Positions 1 to 14,630 of a DNA stretch of 48,213 nucleotides are shown one piece after another. The notes under the pieces are model-generated. The model did not search any database. It saw only the letters and a list, made by a program, of their open reading frames with translations, and had not been told where the DNA came from. This stretch comes from Priapulus caudatus (taxonomy: Eukaryota): the NCBI RefSeq assembly GCF_000485595.1, contig NW_014577086.1, positions 502,046 through 550,258 of the forward strand, given 5' to 3'. The translations under genes were made by a program, and so were the position numbers. Within the stretch, counting starts at the first letter, position 1. Each line of letters begins with the position of its first letter.

Positions 1-247
1 AAGCGTGCTGAGATAACTGTATAAGTTGGGGCTAATCGGGAAATTGTATTCTACTTCCAAATAGCTTATTTACAAAAACCAAGGACGACTCATGCGCACT
101 AAAAGCATAGGTCGAAACGGGGTATAGCCAGGCATGGCCGCTTTTTTTCATATCACATCTATTAGCGGTCCATTATAGTCATAACTGAAAGGGTGTCGAC
201 GCAGGTCTCTTATTCATGACAACATGTGACGTCTTGTGCGATGATAG

Positions 248-2788
248 GCCGATAAGGGGGTCGCAGAGGAGAGGCTAGAGGACGCCAAGCCGGCATTGAA
301 GGAAGCCGAAGCCGCGCTACAAACCATCCTGCCTGCGCACATCGCCAGCGTACGCAAGCTCGGCAAGCCACCTAATCTCATCATGCTCATCATGGACTGC
401 GTGCTGCTGCTATTCAAGGTGCGTGGTTCATACCAATTTCAGACCGTGACTGTACAGGTTCTTACAGTATGGACTGCGATATGGTAATTGCAGCACGCGT
501 TGAGCACACGTATACATATACTAGGTAAACTGATCCAGAAGAGAGGTAAATGTGGTTTGTGTTCGGAATTGACACATAGGAAGATATTCAAATTAACTCG
601 CATAAAATACGATATAAATTTATGGGTAACGTAATCATAGTTGGATTTTTTTTTACTGTAGAAGTCCGTAATACGCGTTATACCAGACATGAAAACGCGA
701 TGTGTGATGCCGTCATGGCAGGAGTCTCTCAAGTTGATGAGTGGAACAGCATTTCTCCAACAGCTGCTCAACTTTCCAAAGGTATTCTAGGCCTATTATG
801 GTTATTGTCTTATTCAGTGCTTAATGTATAAATTCACAGTACAAATTAAACGGTTCGCTAGAGCATAGGGAATGCCGCCCCCTCCCCACAATCACATTTG
901 TAATCTGTGGAATCGAGATAGCTGAGAATTAGCCTTTACTATATCTGTTATATAAACATAAATACAAAGGCCTCTTGCTAAACACTGCTACATAAGATAT
1001 TTGAACTAATTGAAGAAATCTCGCTAACAGCCAAAACGTAAACAATAAAAATGTCTCCGATATGTCTAAACACCCGAACACCCAAACACCCGAAAAAATG
1101 CCTAAACACCCGATACTTATGGCGAGCACCCAATACCACACGATCTTCTACTGTGATAAATAATAATCTGTTTTGCAAGTGGTGTGGGTGCTCAGCATCT
1201 CTCTACCTGTTAGTTTCGGTTTGCTACCGATCAGTTAACACGCCATTATATGTCGCCGTACTAGCTGATATCGCGTGCATTTTGTGTAAGGATACTATCA
1301 ATGACGAGGTGACCGAACTGCTGGAGCCATATCTACGGCGTGAGGATTATAACATTGTCGAGGCGCGCAGAGTGTGCGGCGACGTCGCGGGTCTCTGCTC
1401 CTGGACACGCGCCATGGTCTTCTTCCACGGCATCAACAAGGAGGCCTTGCCGCTAAAGGTATAGTAGTGTATACATGTAGTACGTATAGTAGAATGTATA
1501 ATAGTGTTGCACACCAACATGCCATTCCTAAACAGAGCGGTTGCTCCACGTAGCAGACGTTGTACAATATGGCGCGTGATTCTTATACAGAGCCTTTGCT
1601 TATAACGATGTTACGTGTTGCTCTTACTTTCGCTACGCTGGAGATTATTGATTACACCCACACGCACACCCACACACACACACGCACGCATCCACGCACG
1701 CACGCACGCACGCATATATAATATATATATATATTAACATATTATATATATATTATATTATATATATATATATATATATATTATCATATTGATATGGATT
1801 ACATATTGGTTACTCAGCTTAATCTCTAAAGATTCCTCTAGTTAGACCACGCTACAGAGGAAGTGGTACTATGTGCTTGCTTTGGGAAATGTCTGCGTTT
1901 GGTGACAATCCTTCCATCTTTCACATAGAATTAGAGAAAAGTACGCATCTGTAACAAACAAACAGAAAACGTCTGGCATACCGCACGCACAGATATCAAT
2001 CTCGATCGTGAGCGTTGTGTGCTCACGCAAGAGCAAAGTTTCAGACACGCTGATGCCTTGTTGCAGGACAACGTGGCGAAGGCAGAGGCGCGGCTGCGCA
2101 AGGCTGTGGCAGACCTCGATCAGGCGGAGACAGAGCTATCGCAGAAGCAGCAGGAGCTGGACACTGTGAAGGCAATGTACGAGTCTGCACTTCTCGAGAA
2201 ACAGGTTCGTGCGTGCTTGCATGCGTGCGTGCGTGCGTGTGTGTGCGCGTGCATGCGTGGGTCTTATTTACCAATAGTTTCTTATAACCAGGGCTGTCTA
2301 GGGCGGGGTGTATAGGTTGTGTAAATAACTGTGGTGTATATAGTATAAGGTATAATTAAGTATGTGGTATATATATATATACCACATATAAACACCATAT
2401 AAAGGGTTGCCCAGTAATTTATCATAAACTTCTGGCAATTATTACAGTATGCAATTGAAACGCTAACTTGATTATTTTTAGTGCTGTGACGTTATTTTTC
2501 TGTGCGATTTATACGGCTAGCTGCCCTTAAATTTAAACCCAACTACACTTGTTGAGCCGTTCATTGTTGAAAGAGATGCATCGCTCACGCACACATATAT
2601 GATGCACAATTATATGGGTTATAGCTCGCCATTTTGGAGCTAAAGAAAATTTTCCATTTTGCGTCGTCGTTTTAGAGACTAGTAGACGATGCAGCTCAGT
2701 GCAGGAGGAAGATCGAGAATGCCAAGGCTCTGCTGTTAGGTCTCTCCGACGAGAAGCTCAGGTGGACAGAATCTAGCGGTACCTTCCG
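248..2788 (+). CDS. DNAH5: Axonemal dynein heavy chain, DNAH5/DNAH8 family (5'-partial); stalk/microtubule-binding-domain exons
   Basis: GT-AG exons in consistent phase: 248-418, 662-781, 1291-1458, 2067-2204, 2676-2788. They translate to [27 protein letters not shown]...[21 protein letters not shown] / [10 protein letters not shown]...LLNFPK / [14 protein letters not shown]...[26 protein letters not shown] / ...EKLRWTESS. These match the DNAH5/8 stalk as I recall it. DNAH5 versus DNAH8 cannot be resolved from this. Confidence 0.93.
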
Positions 2789-2882
2789 GTACGTGAGTCC
2801 ACTTTGTGACGATTCTACTTTGTATCGACAGATGTATTAATCGTAAGCTTATTCACGTATGCATGCGATCCATTCCCTGCAC

Positions 2883-3015
2883 TGATAATTGCAACTATGC
2901 AGTAATTACATGATAATTGCAACTATGCAGTAATTACATAATAATTGCAACTATGCAGTAATTACATGATAATTGCAACTATGCAGTAATTACATGATAA
3001 ATGCAACTATGCAGT
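2883..3015. repeat. 28-bp minisatellite, ~4.7 copies
   Basis: Unit TGATAATTGCAACTATGCAGTAATTACA repeated in tandem. Confidence 0.95.
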
Positions 3016-3158
3016 GATGCTTACAAATAAGCCTAGTCATCAAATCTGGCAGATATTCTGTGATACCGACGGCTTCTTACTTGTACTGGTACCAGTGAAC
3101 CGACCGCTACTCCTTTCACCTAATTGATTCTCATTGCTCAGCTTCTCGCCAAGAAAAT

Positions 3159-3388
3159 NNNNNNNNNNNNNNNNNNNNNNNNNNNNNNNNNNNNNNNNNN
3201 NNNNNNNNNNNNNNNNNNNNNNNNNNNNNNNNNNNNNNNNNNNNNNNNNNNNNNNNNNNNNNNNNNNNNNNNNNNNNNNNNNNNNNNNNNNNNNNNNNNN
3301 NNNNNNNNNNNNNNNNNNNNNNNNNNNNNNNNNNNNNNNNNNNNNNNNNNNNNNNNNNNNNNNNNNNNNNNNNNNNNNNNNNNNNNNN
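3159..3388. other. Assembly gap (230 N)
   Basis: Run of N. Confidence 1.
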
Positions 3389-6300
3389 CGACACACACAC
3401 CAACACACACAACAACACACACACACGGACTGTTTTCGAGACCGGTACGACCGCTAATACATCAGCCGAAAGTGATATTTTCATGCTGTAAGGCATTGAG
3501 GTTGTTAACGAGTGAACCGACAGCAACCTGAAGAGAGTTCGGCCATCGTTTTTTTTATCATAAGACTGGGCGCGATTTCTTCGCCGGGTCTTCTTCTATT
3601 GTTGGTCCCCCAGCTTTTGACTTCCGCAGTGTCCAATTCTCCAACATCGCTTCAAAGATTGTAGTTCTGACTACCTTTCGCTGACGACCTGATCTAACAC
3701 TTAGGATTCGCTAAATCAGTAAAAGGCACAGACTCTCCATTCGATGCGAATCAATCTCTGCCCATCATGTCGTCAGATCAGTAGCTTATGCAAGCCCCAG
3801 CTACCATATACTTCGAGTTTTAAGTAGATAATTAACTCGCTAGAATATTGATCGTATAATCACACACATAATAATTTGTGGATTCCCGGATAAAGGGTAC
3901 TCATAAAAAAGGTTGAGCAGGCCTTGGAAATTTTGAATGGGCGCCCAATTAATAGAAAGCGGAATATACTGTTCCCAAAATTGAATTCTGTATTTCTGTG
4001 CGGGATCTAGCGGGAATATTATTGTCTGGGGTTTACCTTCATAATCCAGACTTCCTCCGAGGAACGTATGCTTCCGTGTATTCCCGTAGCCCCACTTACT
4101 GAATCTCAGCCTAGCCAGATGTCTGGGCGATCAATGGGCGTGCTTGTAGACTGTCGACCGCACAAAAACGAGATTCTGTCACTTCATTACGTGAGGCCGT
4201 CGATTGCAAGCCTGAGTGTCGGCCATAGTGAGTGCGCGCATCACTAGTTACTACATCTCACCCGAGTTGTTAGCAGCAATTCATTATCAGTTATGCTCTG
4301 CTCATGCCGCAGAAGATTTCATTTAAGAACGAACAGTGCCCCCATCTTGCATTCAGACGCTCTTTTACCTGACCACAGACGTACATTTAAAAGCCTTTAA
4401 GCGCAAAAACGCAAATATGGTGAAACATGACCTTCGACTGCTAATACATGCACGCTCTAAGTAAGCAAATATCCTGATTAGAGCGGTATGCCGAAGAAAA
4501 GGGTATACCGAATTAATTTCAATAGCGACAAGCCGGAAACATGTCCCTTGCCATGATGAAACAGGACCGAATCTTACCACTGTGCCTTGTATCGGCACCG
4601 TATGATAACACCTCGAAACGTTACTTCCACGTGTAGTTTTAATACTAAAATAGCCACCAAGATTACCGAACATTCGAAGGAGATAAATATATTTTAGTAA
4701 TTTTTAATACGTGTACTTACATGCATTTGGCTTCAAGCGTGCGTACTTCTGCAACGATATCGGGTTGACTATGCTTGTAACACTATCATTTCCCTCTGGT
4801 TGTCATCACTGACCGACGACCTCACGTCCTTTGGTTAAATGATTCAATATGGTTGCTGGAAAAATCTTATTGGTCCCTATTCGTGCTAGGTAGCTTGCAA
4901 AACACGTCATCGTACAGATTTTAGGTAGCGCGAACACTGATGCATCAAAAGCTTTCCTCACCATTGGAAAAAAAATGCTAATAATCACCATTATGGTTGC
5001 AATGCACTGGCATTGTGCCTTCAGAAGAATACGGCCGCGCATAACCTATGATTGGTATGAACACTTATATTAACTTTGCAGAGCTATCTGAATTAAGGGC
5101 CACGTAACGTCGGCAGGACTATTACCGCAATATTGGCAATGGGGTGCAGCCGGAACACACTCCGGCGTGAACGTCATATGAAGGGTAAGTTCTCTCAATG
5201 CTCAGCCCGTTCAGCTGCTCGACATGTTCGTTGATTCAAATGACTGGTAGCCTGAAAACAGACATCACATAGTCGCTAATTAAAAACCCGATTGCTAGTA
5301 ATTGCAATCACATAAACGCTTTTAGTACGCCGTGCAGTAATAAGTAAGGCCTTGATGACGCGTGATAGAGAAAAAACATACGACTCTCAAATCACCAGCA
5401 AAACGGGAAGTTATTTAAGTGCAAAATGAACAGATATTATTTAAAGGACCCTGGTTGGATATTTGAATGATGATAGCAGTATTATCAATAATGGATAGCT
5501 GTACAAATGGAAAAGGATCTGCACAAAGAACCATATCGTTACGATGTGAATACCGAGAGCTTGTAACGAGGCTTAATAAATAACGTCTAATACGGAAGAA
5601 AATTCATTATACTATAGAATCCAACAATCATTTAGTTCAACGACCGCACCCGACACAATACTCTAGAGTTATTGCAATGCCCACTGCAAAACCGACTATA
5701 TAACTATTGCGCAATCGATACTAAAATCGCCTACACACCTTCGTGAAACCCGAATTCCTTCGCCGAAACATGCTGATCACTGAATCTAGACGCGTGCAAA
5801 AGGTTTTGACTGAGCTCGTTGTCGAAGGCGTCGGTCACTTCTCCTGCCGTAACTTGCCACACCTCACACAATCATGGTCAGCGCACTGTCGCCGGAGGAG
5901 ATTCCCTGTAAAAACAATCACGTCTTCGTCAGAGGTTAGCCAAATGGAAGCGTCTACAACTCTAAGCGTCTAATACTTGAAGTTTAAATCCAGTTGATAA
6001 CCTGTGCAGTGTCTTAGACATTAACGGCCGTTAAAACAATACAGGTACGGGTGTTGAAGATTACTGTTGTTCACTTACCACATTTTTATATTCTAAGGCG
6101 AACTCAAGCGAGAAATTGAAATTAGTGCATTCGCACTGTTTTTTGTAGGAACCTCAAAGAACGCGTGAACAGTGTGTTTTAAAGCTTCACGAAAGTCTTC
6201 CGCCTTCTACAGGCCGAAATAGTCAAAACGACTGCCAATGTGCGATAACGAGATCTGTTTTTTATACGTCTAAATTAACCCGCCGTCATTGTATTATAGT

Positions 6301-9300
6301 CTTACCATAATTAGACGCATAAAATGCACATCTGCCCTTCCCCACCCACGTTTTCATATAAGTCGGTGATACTTCACTCACAGGCTTCTCGGGATAAGAA
6401 CCTCACATCGAGTGGTTCTGATTAAAATTGAACATGACAACAGAATAGATGATAAAATCCAGTTGTTGAATCACTCGATTAGCGTATGTTCACAAGCCAG
6501 AATCGAGCGCAACTCTAGCGTCCGCTTCGCTCACGACGGCGTGAAAGGAAGCAATGTAATATTACGCTATCAGCCATCCACTGGCGGCCTGTTGGCACTC
6601 CAAGCGGTGCTGGAACAATACTCGTTTTACACGTGCAATAAGGGAACGCCGTCGCCTGGAACCAAGTAGTCACTCATATCAATCGGTCAGATGTCATGTT
6701 CGACCATGTATCGATAGCAGTGGGTTAGCACTACGTGTGCCTCTCTGTAACAACGTCTAATAGGGCTATCTGGGTTAACGAGGCAATTATTATTTATAAG
6801 TGAAAAAAAAGAACACGAGGAATCATGTCAAACAGTACAGCGCCTGCTGTAATATCGTGAAATGCTTTATTCGTGTAACAATAATATAGAGGTTATTCAC
6901 GTGTTAAAATGTCGCTCAGCATAAATACTGAAGCTATCCACAATCGAAGATGTTTTTTGTTCCAAGACCATGTGATTATGTTGTAGCAAAGAGGGTTCGC
7001 ATTCAGAGCTGGCTAATTGAGTTTCCATACAAGGAACTTCCGTTCGTAACAGTTTGATGGACTAGCCTGCAGCATAAGTGATCAGGCAAACCATTTGGAA
7101 TGCATCTCGATGGTACCATCCACAGCATCAAAAATGTCTCAGAATGGAACGGTATACGTAGTACAGAGAGGTTCATACAACAAAGAATCATTACTAATTT
7201 GCCCGCAAAACATCTAATCCATACAGCTTCAATTTCCCAGTCACGTAACCCGAATGAATATCTTTCTCGCGCCCATCAGACGAGATCTAGGAATAAGGAA
7301 ATATCACGAGTCCGAGTATAACAAAGGAGGCATCCCAGACTATCTACTATATTCCAAACTTACAGTGATATCACGAAACTACACGTTAAATCATGGTCCA
7401 ATTTCTTAATGAGATTTATAATAAACGGTCCATTTCATAGTGGTAAGGAAGATTATTAGTTCCACATCCGTATAATGTGATCTCCTGAAAATGTTCACCG
7501 CAAATGTATATTACTCGTTCGGAAGGCAATTACGCTCATGAATTCTATCCCAGGTGACAAGTTTTGCAACAAAAATACCGCAACCCCCAGTTTGTCAATT
7601 CTCAGCAGAAAGACGCGTGGCATGGAGTTTTGGCCTTTGTCCCTGGATACCGAGGAAACAAGCTAAATCAGAGAATAGAATATGAATACTGAATAAAACA
7701 CAAATAACATACTCTTTTAACATTCTAAGCATACAGTATATCATATGATAAAGAAGATTAATTGGGATTTGCGATCTGAACTGGAAGGCAAAAACTTGTT
7801 CTCAAACAAGCGCGCAAGTTAAATAATATATTTATAAGGGCCAAACTGAATGAGCTTCCTCCATTAAAAATTAGTTCATCTACCAAGGAAATATTTGAAT
7901 TTATTACCAATACTACTGCAAAATAACCAACATAAAAAGATCACTGCGTACACGAAATTCGTAAATTTTTGCTGCGAGACTGCGATTATCGCCTCATGAA
8001 AGAATCAGAGCGCTGAGACAATGCAGACAGCCCTAATGCGTCCTAGCAGTCCGACGTGCTTCCAAACATAGCGGACCCAGGTTCAAGAAACCTGACTCTC
8101 CGTGTACTGTTACCGGAACATACAAAATGCGACGATAGCGTGATAATACATTTTAAAAATCATATTCGCGATTACGTAAATATCATATGTAATAAATATT
8201 ATGCACATAAGAATAATTAGAATTCCACATCAATAATCCTCCTCATCAACGACAACTCGTCAATGTCGTTTATGTATCGCAATGTAAATCTAGGACAGGC
8301 ATGATCTAGATGATTTAAAGGAGCGTCCACCATATCACCATCGTGTCGAAAAACTCTGCACTCTTCTTCATTCTCAATCACAAGTATCATAAAAAACAAA
8401 AAAATATTGTATACTCGCTATACTAATATATACTATATATATTTTATAATATATTTACGTATATTAACGTTACGCACGTCGCAAACATGTAACATGGCAA
8501 TGAAATTATACAGTTACTGAAAACAATATACACGACGTACAATAACATATGTATACAGCAACAACGCATATAATACATTAGTGACATAAAACAAATGTGT
8601 ATCGACGCGTCGCCAAACATTGTAATTATATATATAACGATATATCAACATATACATAACATAATAATTAATCGTAACCAAGCCGATGTAAACAGCCAGC
8701 CATTCAGTCCTGAAAAGGTTTCACTGTACAACCATCCTAATCCGCTCTAAATCCACACCCCTTGTACCACTGACGAACTTTTGACTCAATGTGAACTAAT
8801 CGGTATTATCGCGAATACCTCCGCGTAAAATAACCCGGGTTATGCCAGTTAACACACAAAATAGAAACGAGTAAACCACCCAACTGCTAACCGCGTTTTT
8901 CAATACTGAATATCGTTTAGAACCCATGCGCGTCGTCTTTCTAGAGAGCTCTGCTCGACGCGATCGACAATTTTCGCTGCACGTCACGTCCGGTTGCGCG
9001 GCAGCGCTGACCTTAATTCGCACCAGCGTACCATACTCATCTCTCGCTGTCATCTTCTGTCGTCTCTCTCTCACCGTCATCATCGGTCTTCGCGTACTGC
9101 GGCGTCTCCTCATCGCATCTCATCTCCTCTCCCTCTCTCTCTCTCGGTTTAGCAATAAATCGTGTCTCTCTTCGTCGACTCTGCTCTCTCGATTCACCGA
9201 ATCTTCTCTCCAGTCCAGCGATGAGCTGGCCCCTACCGTAACCTCCCCCTTAGCACCCTGCGTGCCAAACTTGTTTGCCGGCTCCGGTGACACCCAGCCT

Positions 9301-12300
9301 TGCCGTTTAAACATCACAGTACATCCACCGGACTTGAATGGTCAGCAGCGAGGGCGGAATAAGACCGACAGATCAGTGCAAGCCTTCATGGTGCATCCCT
9401 CGTCGTACCAAATCGTCTCCAACTCCTTGTCATTACCTCGTCACACTAACCGAGCCGCACGAAAGAACTGTTAACGTCACAAGCAATTAGCTGCGACCGT
9501 CAGCATGCAAAATGCATTCAGCCTGCCCTATCCCTCGTACAACTGTACAACCGGACTACTCCTGAATTGAAGCATCCGAGCTAAAGAGTGTCAACGACCT
9601 ACGTATACGCTCACTGTATTATGCTTCATTGCTCCCGACCCTTACGTAACTTCTACTTACTCTATAATATTTTGCATCTCTACCACGTTTTGACACTAAC
9701 ACTATCTTGCACCTACTGCATTGACATTACGTTTGTCGTATCTCAATCTTAGCTGCGTTTGTCTAACGCATAACCACGTATCTGCGTACGTTAGCTGCGT
9801 TACGCATAGCGTTGCCATTGCGTTATCGTTCCATCTGCGTAATCTTGCGTATGCCATTACGTCGCGATCCGTGCGTCGCGTCCGTCACGTCTCGTGTAGG
9901 GTCTACCTGCACCCAGGAAGGTGCGGTACTCCTCGGTTGCATTTTTATTTATCTTACCTGTACCTTTCTAGCCTTAACCAATTATATCATCCACCTATCA
10001 CTTACTACATTACATTATATTACATATTAATTTGGCGACCCCTACGTACTAAGCTACTTTCGATCGAATAATATCGACCGTCGGACACTTTCATCAATCA
10101 CCATATCTTCATACGCAGCCTTCTATCTCTTCTCGTGTTGACCATATAAACCTACACGTGTATTCGTAATAATATCGAAAGCTGTCGGTAACTTACTTCT
10201 CCTTCCCTCTAGCAAAGGCCATCCACACCCAGAGCCTGTATCACAATTATATCCTCTCTTGCCCACACGCAACAAGCTGGCAATGTCACTATACGTAAAG
10301 ATGCACAGTATTAAATACAAATCTCCTCAAATCTAATCTAGGTAAAGGGAACTCATGACCTGATCCAGTAATATTAATTGAAACTGTATTGAGATTACTT
10401 AGATTGCATCCATGAATTCCAACCAGACTAATTCTGGTTATCTGATCCACTTATTTAGCGGCTTCGGCTGTCCGTGTGCGCGCGGAGTTCATGTCTAAAG
10501 CGTGGCACCCCACAGTCGAGCGTATAAACTCATCGGATGATAAGCCTGCGACATATTCATTGACAAATACGCGCCAATTGCAAAAACATCGCGGCCTCGA
10601 TTAAAAACAGTCCAAAATAACGGTTGCATAAAGTACTACATGCAACAGCCGCTCCTAAAGTGCTGCAAGCAGCGACTCAATTAATAGTGTGACGTCCACC
10701 GCATGATTACATCGAAATGACAGTGGCGTCCGTACCTCTTGTCATGAACACTCATGCAAACTACTTTCCTCGGTGATGGTGCCAACATTTGTTCACATAG
10801 TTGACTTCTTGATGGCAGCAGACACGCGGGAAGAAGAAACTTGATCATTCTCGTAAAAGGCCCTGGTTTACGAAACTTAAAGCACCCTGCATGCAAAATG
10901 ACCAAACCTATGTGGCGAAATTATTGACCTAACTCTTAGTGCTGAAACATTTAATTAATATGTTTGAGTATTTTCTCATTTAATGGTCGTGACTTCGCAA
11001 TGTTCTATTTTTATGTTTGCGTTTTGGTTAGCGAGTAAACTCACATCATAACCAGGTTGCTGTCACCACTTATGCAAGCGAAAGGCTTCTAACAAAACAT
11101 ACTAATATCCATCGCGCAAAACTACTATAATTCAATGTAGATCAGATACATGTTGCCTAAATGACGTGTGAACATGCAGATGGTGAAGAGCGGCGCGCGC
11201 CTGCAAAATACGAGACAGCGGTCATCGCCGACTTGCGCTCATGACCTCGTCAACAAACTTAAGGAACGTTTTAAGTCGAACGTTTGATTACGACAGTGTA
11301 TGTTACCATACTACATACTCTGTGATAGAATAGTACAAAAATGCTTCCTCATTGGCAACTACGGAACAAATAGTCCAAACTCGCATCTATATGTAGTAAA
11401 AACAGAGCGTGCCCAAACCTAGTGCCGTCTGTAGTAGCGTCGACTGTATGACTAATCTTATGTATTCTCCCGGAATTGATCGATTTACAGCTCATAATGC
11501 AGAAATATTGGTACATAATAAATAACCGACTGTTCAATCCATGGCTCTAGCTAACGAATCTAGCCGGATGCCTCACAATTATACTCCTTAAACTCGCTCT
11601 ATAACTTCTTCTCTAGCACATGATCTTAGCTTCCGCTCCCGCGTACTCGCCTACATTGGCAGTCTCGTCATGAATCCTCTGTGAGTGCCAATCTGCCTTG
11701 GTCGGCCTCTTCAGCACAACTATATCAGCACCCTCCTGGTCTCGGATTGCAAAATCCCACTGTGGCAGACTTGCGGTATTAGACCTACTCTAACATAAAT
11801 ATTCGCCTAGCATAGCTCAATTAATTTAGAATTCTAGTGACACATCTAGCACAGTCTAAGTGACGAAGTTGCTTTTGTATACGATATGCAGATATAAATA
11901 CTATTAAATTCGTAGTGAAGTAAGCCAAGGGCCCGTGTAACGTAGTAACGCCAATGCTAAAACATCTAGCTTCAAGATGCGCCCACAGCTATGCAGGAAG
12001 AGTGTCCTCATAGTTCTTGCATTCCGTCTTCTATTCTGCTGCTATCTGTATCAGGCAGCATGTTTCTTGCTCAGCCCTCAAGCTCTGCTGTTATATGACA
12101 AACATTTCTATCTATGTATGCAGTTAACTCATGTTAAGAAACCCTTGATCTTGAGATCCCGAGGAAATACAAGTTCCCTCACCTGACATCACTCACAAAC
12201 CTGTTTTTCCGTAACGTAATTACAGATAACTCCCAAGAAACTGGTCCTACTAATCCCTTCATATTACAGTGAATTCAATCATGTTGGTGCGCGCAGAGAA

Positions 12301-13661
12301 TCTTGGTGAGTAAACTTGGGTTTGCTAGACTGCGTCTTTGCAGATAAGAGTGCAAACACCTATTCACTCACATCTTACTTCCTTGTCCTCCTAAATCTTC
12401 ACCCTAAAGAGAAAAAAATTGCTAATAATATAAATTCATATTAGGTCCTATATTGTTTATACATAAAGTACTCCTTCTATTACACCCGATCAACAGCATA
12501 TATGTAAACTACAACAACTGTCTTCGTTTTCGGTCGTCTTCCTACATTTAACGTGACATAAACCCGCATATACAAAATACTGACTGCTATAAGCATTTGT
12601 GCAGGCAAACAACACAACACCTGTGGAGTAGCGAAATAACACAAGTTAATTAAATAGGACAGTAAGTATAATTTAGCTTTTTAGTACACTATTACCGTTC
12701 TCTTTCAAAAACGTTGAGATATAAGCAACAAGCATCGGCAATATGAAAAATCAACCCGTTAGATAAACTTAAAATCGAACAGTACTAAACCTGTCATGAC
12801 AGAAACGTATATTGGCATTACCAACATTATAACACTCATGTCATTCGTCAGAACATTTAATTTTACCAACCTGAATCATGAACATTGGTAGTAATAAGTT
12901 GTAGTGCCAAAGACCAAAACTCGACCATAACGCTACAGCTTGTTACCTTGGAAAAGCGCCCACTTTGATAGAAGTTCTTTCTGCCAAGTATTCATGTTAT
13001 CAAGAGAACAGGGTCAATTTCTCACCCAGGTTCCGATGATATAGGCCTACCCTGGCTCAAACAGATCTCTAGTGACTTTGAAGTACTGGTGTGTTGGCCT
13101 TGTTATGCTAGATTGTATAACAGTGAACAGATTGCATTCTTAAACGTTTGTGTCCAAGAGACCTCTCACGTTTATGGTCTATAATGGCTTTTAAGATACA
13201 GATAAACGCGAAACAAATTAATACTCTAGGGAGAGGGTCTGGCTACAAAGTGATCACTTCGGCCATCTATACTCTTGAAAAAATGCGGAATTACATCGCC
13301 TCGTTATTCTATCACAGCTGTTTCGACAGTAACAGTTGTAAGCGCTCCGCTGGGGTTCCTCCGACGCTCCTTTCATCAATATTGTGTACTTTGTGTTAAA
13401 ACTTTCGATCCAAACTGAACTTGCGCCAATGTCGGCGGTACTGCAAACATTTCTAACAGATCACCGTTTTTTTAGGTTAATATTTTACTAATTCTTAGAC
13501 ATTTTAGAGCACATCCAATGTGTAAAAGCCTAGTTCGCAACATTATAACATATATCGATTCTTTGTGTGCTAAAATAGTGTGCAAATTAATAGTAAAACC
13601 AATGTCCGTTGATTAATGTGGTCATAGAGTTGAGATGGGCAGATCTTGCGATTATAGGAAG

Positions 13662-14102
13662 AACAGACCCTCCCGCCAAGGCAGCCTGAATTCTGTCACT
13701 CGCCTATGGCGAAAAATTAAATTATATTAAATTAAATAATTAAGTTGGATCCCGGATGACGAACCAAAATGTAATCAATTCTAAAGTTAACTTCCCAATT
13801 TACTGGACGTATCCTGAAAATTGTATTCTAATTAATTAATGAATTAATTTAACTTGAATTAGATCGGATCACCCCAACCAAAGATCTCATAATTTCCTAA
13901 TATACCGCCCCCCATGTCTGAACCTATCCTAGTGAAAATTTTCAATAATGAACAATCGCCGCCATAACACTTTTCCCCAGTTAGCTGTACACACAACAAA
14001 CCACAGCAAACCCACAAACCCACAAACCACAAACCCCATAAACGAACAAACACAACGCCGTTAAAAACTAACTCATCTGCCCAAGCGCCCTTTGCGAGGT
14101 AA
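13662..14102. mobile_element. Non-autonomous Helentron/DINE-like interspersed element (noisy copy)
   Basis: Begins CAGACCCTCC(C)GCCAAGG, has internal GATCC(C)GGAT motifs and a (CAAA/CACA)-type microsatellite, and ends ...TTTGCGAGGTAA. It is absent at the equivalent + strand position (~15630). The family assignment is from recalled structure only. Confidence 0.55.
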
Positions 14103-14476
14103 AAAAATGCAAAATTTCCCAGCACATCTGGCCATAGATCCCATTGTTAACCAAGGCAGCGTTACACGTATTCATACCAGAAATTATTGTCCATAATTCT
14201 CATGTTTCTATCCCGTGCTTGCCCCCTGCTTGGGGATTCAGAATCAAGCAGCGGATATCTGCGGCAACCCAGAGAATCCAAGATACAAAACATCATCGCA
14301 GTAGCAATTCCCTCTAGACCACTATGGGTTTACATCGATATATATGCCTTTTTCTTTGATTATTTTGACATCAATTGTAACATTTATTGTTTAACCTACA
14401 TCGCTCATACATGTTTTACACGCGTTTTTTAACTTGAAAATTGCAAAATGAATTGTATTGACGAAACGCCAAATAC

Positions 14477-14630
14477 CTTATTGAGGGTCCTAGCCGTGGA
14501 CGCATGGAGCATTTTTCTACTCACATCCATTAAGATATCTCATCGATGTGAAGCCCTTGTAAGTCCAGCACTCGCTGATATTAGCCTTGGGGGTTCCCCA
14601 GCGACACATACCCAATAATTTACAAAAATC
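14477..14630 (-). CDS. Second displaced dynein exon (ISEW.LQGLP.DE motif), heavily indel-corrupted
   Basis: Minus strand has acceptor cctccccag|, a core resembling ATCAGCGAGTGG..TTACAAGGGCTTC..ATCGATGAG (the conserved EWNLQGLP.D motif at the start of AAA5) and donor AG|gtattt. Its phase fits exon 15489 (AG+A = Arg, RYPLL). Confidence 0.65.

Noticed and set aside
2883..3015. 28-bp repeats as a possible CRISPR array
   Set aside because: Head-to-tail units with no spacers, in a eukaryotic intron.
3040..3531. ORFs spanning the N run, and the shared peptide [12 protein letters not shown] at 15388
   Set aside because: Gap artefacts; the shared peptide simply reflects the 52-bp inverted intronic overlap.
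8796..9474. 182-aa and 105-aa ORFs
   Set aside because: They lie in the noisy inverted copy and are open only because of the CT-rich burst; no protein-like features.
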